A stretch of 64,000 nt of DNA from Pseudomonas aeruginosa PAO1 (lineage in GTDB: Bacteria > Pseudomonadota > Gammaproteobacteria > Pseudomonadales > Pseudomonadaceae). Where the stretch lies: the NCBI RefSeq assembly GCF_000006765.1, contig NC_002516.2. One strand, 5' to 3'. Positions within the stretch are counted from its first letter, which is position 1. Each line of letters starts with the position of its first letter. Below the pieces are notes generated by a model that did not search any database, was not told the origin of the DNA, and worked only from the letters and a program-made list of their open reading frames with translations. The position numbers and the translations under genes were made by a program. Shown here one piece after another: positions 61,299 to 64,000 of this stretch.

Positions 61299-61716
61299 GA
61301 TCCGCGTACGCGTAGCCGACTGGCAGAAGGACAATGCCGAGCTGCGCCGCATCCGCGAAGCGGTCTTCATTGCCGAACAGTCGGTTCCGCCGGAACTGGA
61401 GTGGGACGCCGAAGACGACGAAGCCGTGCATTTTCTCGCCTATGAAGGCGAATACGCGATCGGCACCGCGCGCCTGCTGGGCGACGGGCACATCGGCAGG
61501 GTCTCGGTACTCAAGGACTGGCGCGGCCTGAAGGTCGGCGACGCGCTGATGCGCGCGGCCATCGAGGAAGCCGAGCGACGCGGCCTGAAGCGCCAACTGC
61601 TGACCGCGCAGGTCTACGCCATTCCCTTCTACGAGCGACTGGGCTTCAAGGTCGACAGCGGCGAATTCCTCGATGCCGGCCTGCCCCATGTCGACATGGT
61701 TCGCGACAGCGACTGA
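61291..61716 (+). CDS. GNAT acetyltransferase, ElaA/YjcF-like (PA2631-like)
   Basis: IREAVFIAEQ, IGRVSVLKDWRGLKVG, AQVYAIPFYERLGF, LPHVDM. Confidence 0.9.
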   Translation: MNKIRVRVADWQKDNAELRRIREAVFIAEQSVPPELEWDAEDDEAVHFLAYEGEYAIGTARLLGDGHIGRVSVLKDWRGLKVGDALMRAAIEEAERRGLKRQLLTAQVYAIPFYERLGFKVDSGEFLDAGLPHVDMVRDSD

Positions 61717-61722
61717 GGCCCG

Positions 61723-62343
61723 ATGAGCGACACCCCGGAGACCTCGCCGGCCGACCTGCCGGCCATCGAATTCAGCTCTCCGGGGCGCTTTGCGGTACGC
61801 AACCCGGCAAGCGCCGCACCACCCGCGGAACGCTGGGAACCAGCGCCATTCCGCCTCGGCGAACATGAGCCGCTGGAGCGCTTCGAGCATCCGCAGGAAG
61901 CCCGCGCCCATGCCCTGGCCCTCCTGCAGCAGGCCCGCCGCTCGCTCTGCCTGCACAGTCCCGACCTGGAAAGCTGGCTCTATCACCACAGCAGCATCCA
62001 GGAAGCCTGCACCCGTTTCCTCCTGGCCAATCCACGCAATCGCCTGCGTATCCTCGTTGGCGACAGCGCCCAGGCCGTGCGCAACGGCCACCGCCTGATC
62101 AGCCTTTCGCGCCGCCTGTCGAGCAACTGCCTGATCCGCCGGCTCAACCCGGACTACCCTAAAGAGGACGACGCCTTCCTCCTGGCCGACGACCAGGGCC
62201 TGCTACTGCGCCCGAAACCGGCGCAACCGGCGGGCTACGCCTGCTACCGTGCCGCCGGGCGGGTGCGTCAACTCCAGGCCCGCTTCGAGCAGGCCTGGGA
62301 CACCAGCCTTTCCGACCCGGACCTGCGGAGCTTCCTCCTGTGA
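61723..62343 (+). CDS. Conserved hypothetical protein, possible degenerate PLD-like fold (PA2632-like)
   Basis: 206-aa ORF within the operon; segments ARRSLCLHSPDL, RLRILV, AFLLADD, FEQAW. Confidence 0.75.
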   Translation: MSDTPETSPADLPAIEFSSPGRFAVRNPASAAPPAERWEPAPFRLGEHEPLERFEHPQEARAHALALLQQARRSLCLHSPDLESWLYHHSSIQEACTRFLLANPRNRLRILVGDSAQAVRNGHRLISLSRRLSSNCLIRRLNPDYPKEDDAFLLADDQGLLLRPKPAQPAGYACYRAAGRVRQLQARFEQAWDTSLSDPDLRSFLL

Positions 62344-63161
62344 CCCTGTTGCGCACCACCCTGCTCTCCTCGCTGCTGGCGACGGTCGTTCTCGGCGCCT
62401 CGGCCGCCCCGCGCACCGAAGTGATCCCGCTCAACTACCGCACCGCCGACGACGTGATGGCGGTGGCCCAGTCGGTCATCGGCAGCGAAGGCAAGGTCAC
62501 CGCCTATGGCAACCAGTTGATCGTCAATGCCGAGCCGGCGAAGATCCGCGAGTTGCAATCGGTCCTGCAGCAGATCGACTCGCGCCCGCATCGCCTGCTG
62601 ATCACCGTGGATACCAGCGAGAACCTGCAACAGGACAGCCGCGGCTATTCGGTGGATGGTTCGGCCAGCGCCGGCAACATCGAGATCCAGAGCGGCCGCG
62701 GCGAGGTCAACGGCAAGGATCGCGTCCGCATCATCCGTCGCTCCACCGACAGCCGTTCCGGCGGCAGCCAGCAGGTCCAGGCCACCGAGGGCTACCCGGC
62801 GCTGATCCAGGTCGGCCAGAGCGTCCCCATCACCAGCACCGCCACCGGTCCCTACGGGCAGATCTACAGCCAGACCGAATACCGCAACGTCAACCGCGGC
62901 TTCTACGTCACCGCGACGCTGACCGGCAACCTGGTGCACGTCACCATCAGCTCCAGCAATGACCGCCTCAGCCAGAGCCATCCCGGCGTCATCGATACCC
63001 AGAGCACCGACACCCGGGTCAGCGGCAAGCTCGGCGAGTGGATCACCCTGGGCGGCGTCAGCGAACAGAACCAGGCCGACCAGCGCGGCTTCGTGCGTCG
63101 CTACTCGACCCAGGGACGCGACGACACCAGCCTGCGCCTGAAAGTCGAAACCCTCGACTGA
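62340..63161 (+). CDS. Exported short secretin-like protein (Secretin_N/NolW-like domain; PA2633-like)
   Basis: Signal peptide, then TEVIPLNYRTADDV...NQLIVNAEPAKIRELQSVLQQIDSRPHRLLI and a beta-rich C-half. Confidence 0.8.
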   Translation: MTLLRTTLLSSLLATVVLGASAAPRTEVIPLNYRTADDVMAVAQSVIGSEGKVTAYGNQLIVNAEPAKIRELQSVLQQIDSRPHRLLITVDTSENLQQDSRGYSVDGSASAGNIEIQSGRGEVNGKDRVRIIRRSTDSRSGGSQQVQATEGYPALIQVGQSVPITSTATGPYGQIYSQTEYRNVNRGFYVTATLTGNLVHVTISSSNDRLSQSHPGVIDTQSTDTRVSGKLGEWITLGGVSEQNQADQRGFVRRYSTQGRDDTSLRLKVETLD

Positions 63162-63294
63162 CCGACGGCGCTCTTTCCAGCGCGAATTGCCTCCCGCTCC
63201 GGCAAAGCCGCGGGGCGCGGGCTCTTGCGGGCATTTTCGATGCAAACGGAAACATCTCGACCAGACAAGACCATCCGGTCACTCTTAGACCTTC

Positions 63295-63322
63295 GTGTAG
63301 TAGTCTTGAAAAAACACTACAA
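63295..63322. promoter_or_regulatory. RccR-type 28-bp operator upstream of aceA
   Basis: GTGTAGTA-N12-CACTACAA, matching the recalled ATGTAGTG-N12-CACTACAT form. Confidence 0.65.
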
Positions 63323-63327
63323 AACGT

Positions 63328-63356
63328 TTGACGACGGATTTTTTCCAGAGCATGAT
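63328..63356 (+). promoter_or_regulatory. Sigma70 promoter for aceA
   Basis: TTGACG-N17-CATGAT immediately downstream of the operator. Confidence 0.7.
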
Positions 63357-63755
63357 GGCCCCGCTCCCGCTAATCAGGGGCTCTGAAACGACGAGCTCCC
63401 GGTGCCTGCGCCGATACGCCCTCGGCCTCCACCGTGTTGATCTGCCCACAAGGCGGCTTGACGAGATTGCGACTGGAACGAAGTTGTCCTGAGGGACGGG
63501 GAAGCGTTTACGTATCAGCCAGATCGAAAGACTCGACAGCGAGTCGCCCACCGGCAACCACGAGCCGAACGGCACTTGATCCAGTCGAGAAGCACGGTCC
63601 GCGAACTGTTCGTCTCCACCCCCTCCTCGGCGTCATTCTTCGCCACGGTCATTCTCTCGCCATGCAGCGGTGAGCCACCCGCAAGACAACCTTCACCAGC
63701 AGGTTTTGAGTGGGTCAGTCGGTGCTCAACCAATACATTTCTTGAAGGATTGACC

Positions 63756-64000
63756 ATGTCCGCATATCAGAACGAGATCAAGGCAGTTGCCGCGCTGAAA
63801 GAGAAGAACGGCAGCAGCTGGAGCGCGATCAACCCCGAGTACGCAGCTCGCATGCGTATCCAGAACCGCTTCAAGACCGGCCTGGATATCGCCAAGTACA
63901 CCGCGGCCATCATGCGCAAGGACATGGCCGAATACGATGCGGACTCCTCCGTCTACACCCAGTCGCTGGGTTGCTGGCACGGCTTCATCGGGCAGCAGAA
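63756..64000 (+). CDS. aceA: Isocitrate lyase, 3'-truncated by the window edge
   Basis: MSAYQNEIKAVAALKEKNGSSWSAINPEYAARMRIQNRFKTGLDIAKYTA...QSLGCWHGFIGQQ; AAGGA RBS. Confidence 0.95.
   Translation, partial: MSAYQNEIKAVAALKEKNGSSWSAINPEYAARMRIQNRFKTGLDIAKYTAAIMRKDMAEYDADSSVYTQSLGCWHGFIGQQ

Noticed and set aside
63434-63673. 79-aa ORF in the aceA leader as a leader peptide
   Set aside because: Non-ATG start, no clear RBS, no compositional signal; needs Ribo-seq

Overview
GC-rich Pseudomonas aeruginosa chromosomal window whose gene order matches PAO1 loci ~PA2577-PA2634 (tags recalled from memory, not looked up). Left to right: partial Lrp regulator, GNAT, kynA, mdaB, a lipoprotein, tRNA-Cys, a ProQ/FinO protein, an orphan hybrid kinase, a decayed LysR fragment, tRNA-Gly, pgsA-uvrC-gacA. 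Next comes a quorum-sensing block (pqsH, cdpR, MFS, TonB-dependent receptor, vqsR, polyamine-binding protein, qteE). It is followed by an organosulfur block (4 SsuA-like binding proteins, 2 luciferase-like monooxygenases, an acyl-CoA-dehydrogenase-like enzyme, LysR, 3-mercaptopropionate dioxygenase, 4-domain rhodanese) ending at tRNA-Ser. The rest is core genome: yccA, tusDCBE, cysG, serS, rarA, lolA, ftsK, trxB, aat/bpt, infA, clpAS, cspD, icd/idh, nudJ, mnmA, hflD, purB, roxA-like operon, a mini-secretin and the start of aceA. No integrase, transposase, prophage or CRISPR array was seen. Best leads: (1) pqsH-cdpR-MFS-TonB receptor as a possible alkylquinolone uptake/conversion module; (2) an organosulfur pathway of unknown substrate with twin LysR boxes; (3) a fossil insertion splitting the tRNA-Gly/tRNA-Cys operon, containing a frameshifted LysR remnant; (4) structured idh and aceA leaders; (5) a roxA-GNAT-PLD-like-mini-secretin operon.
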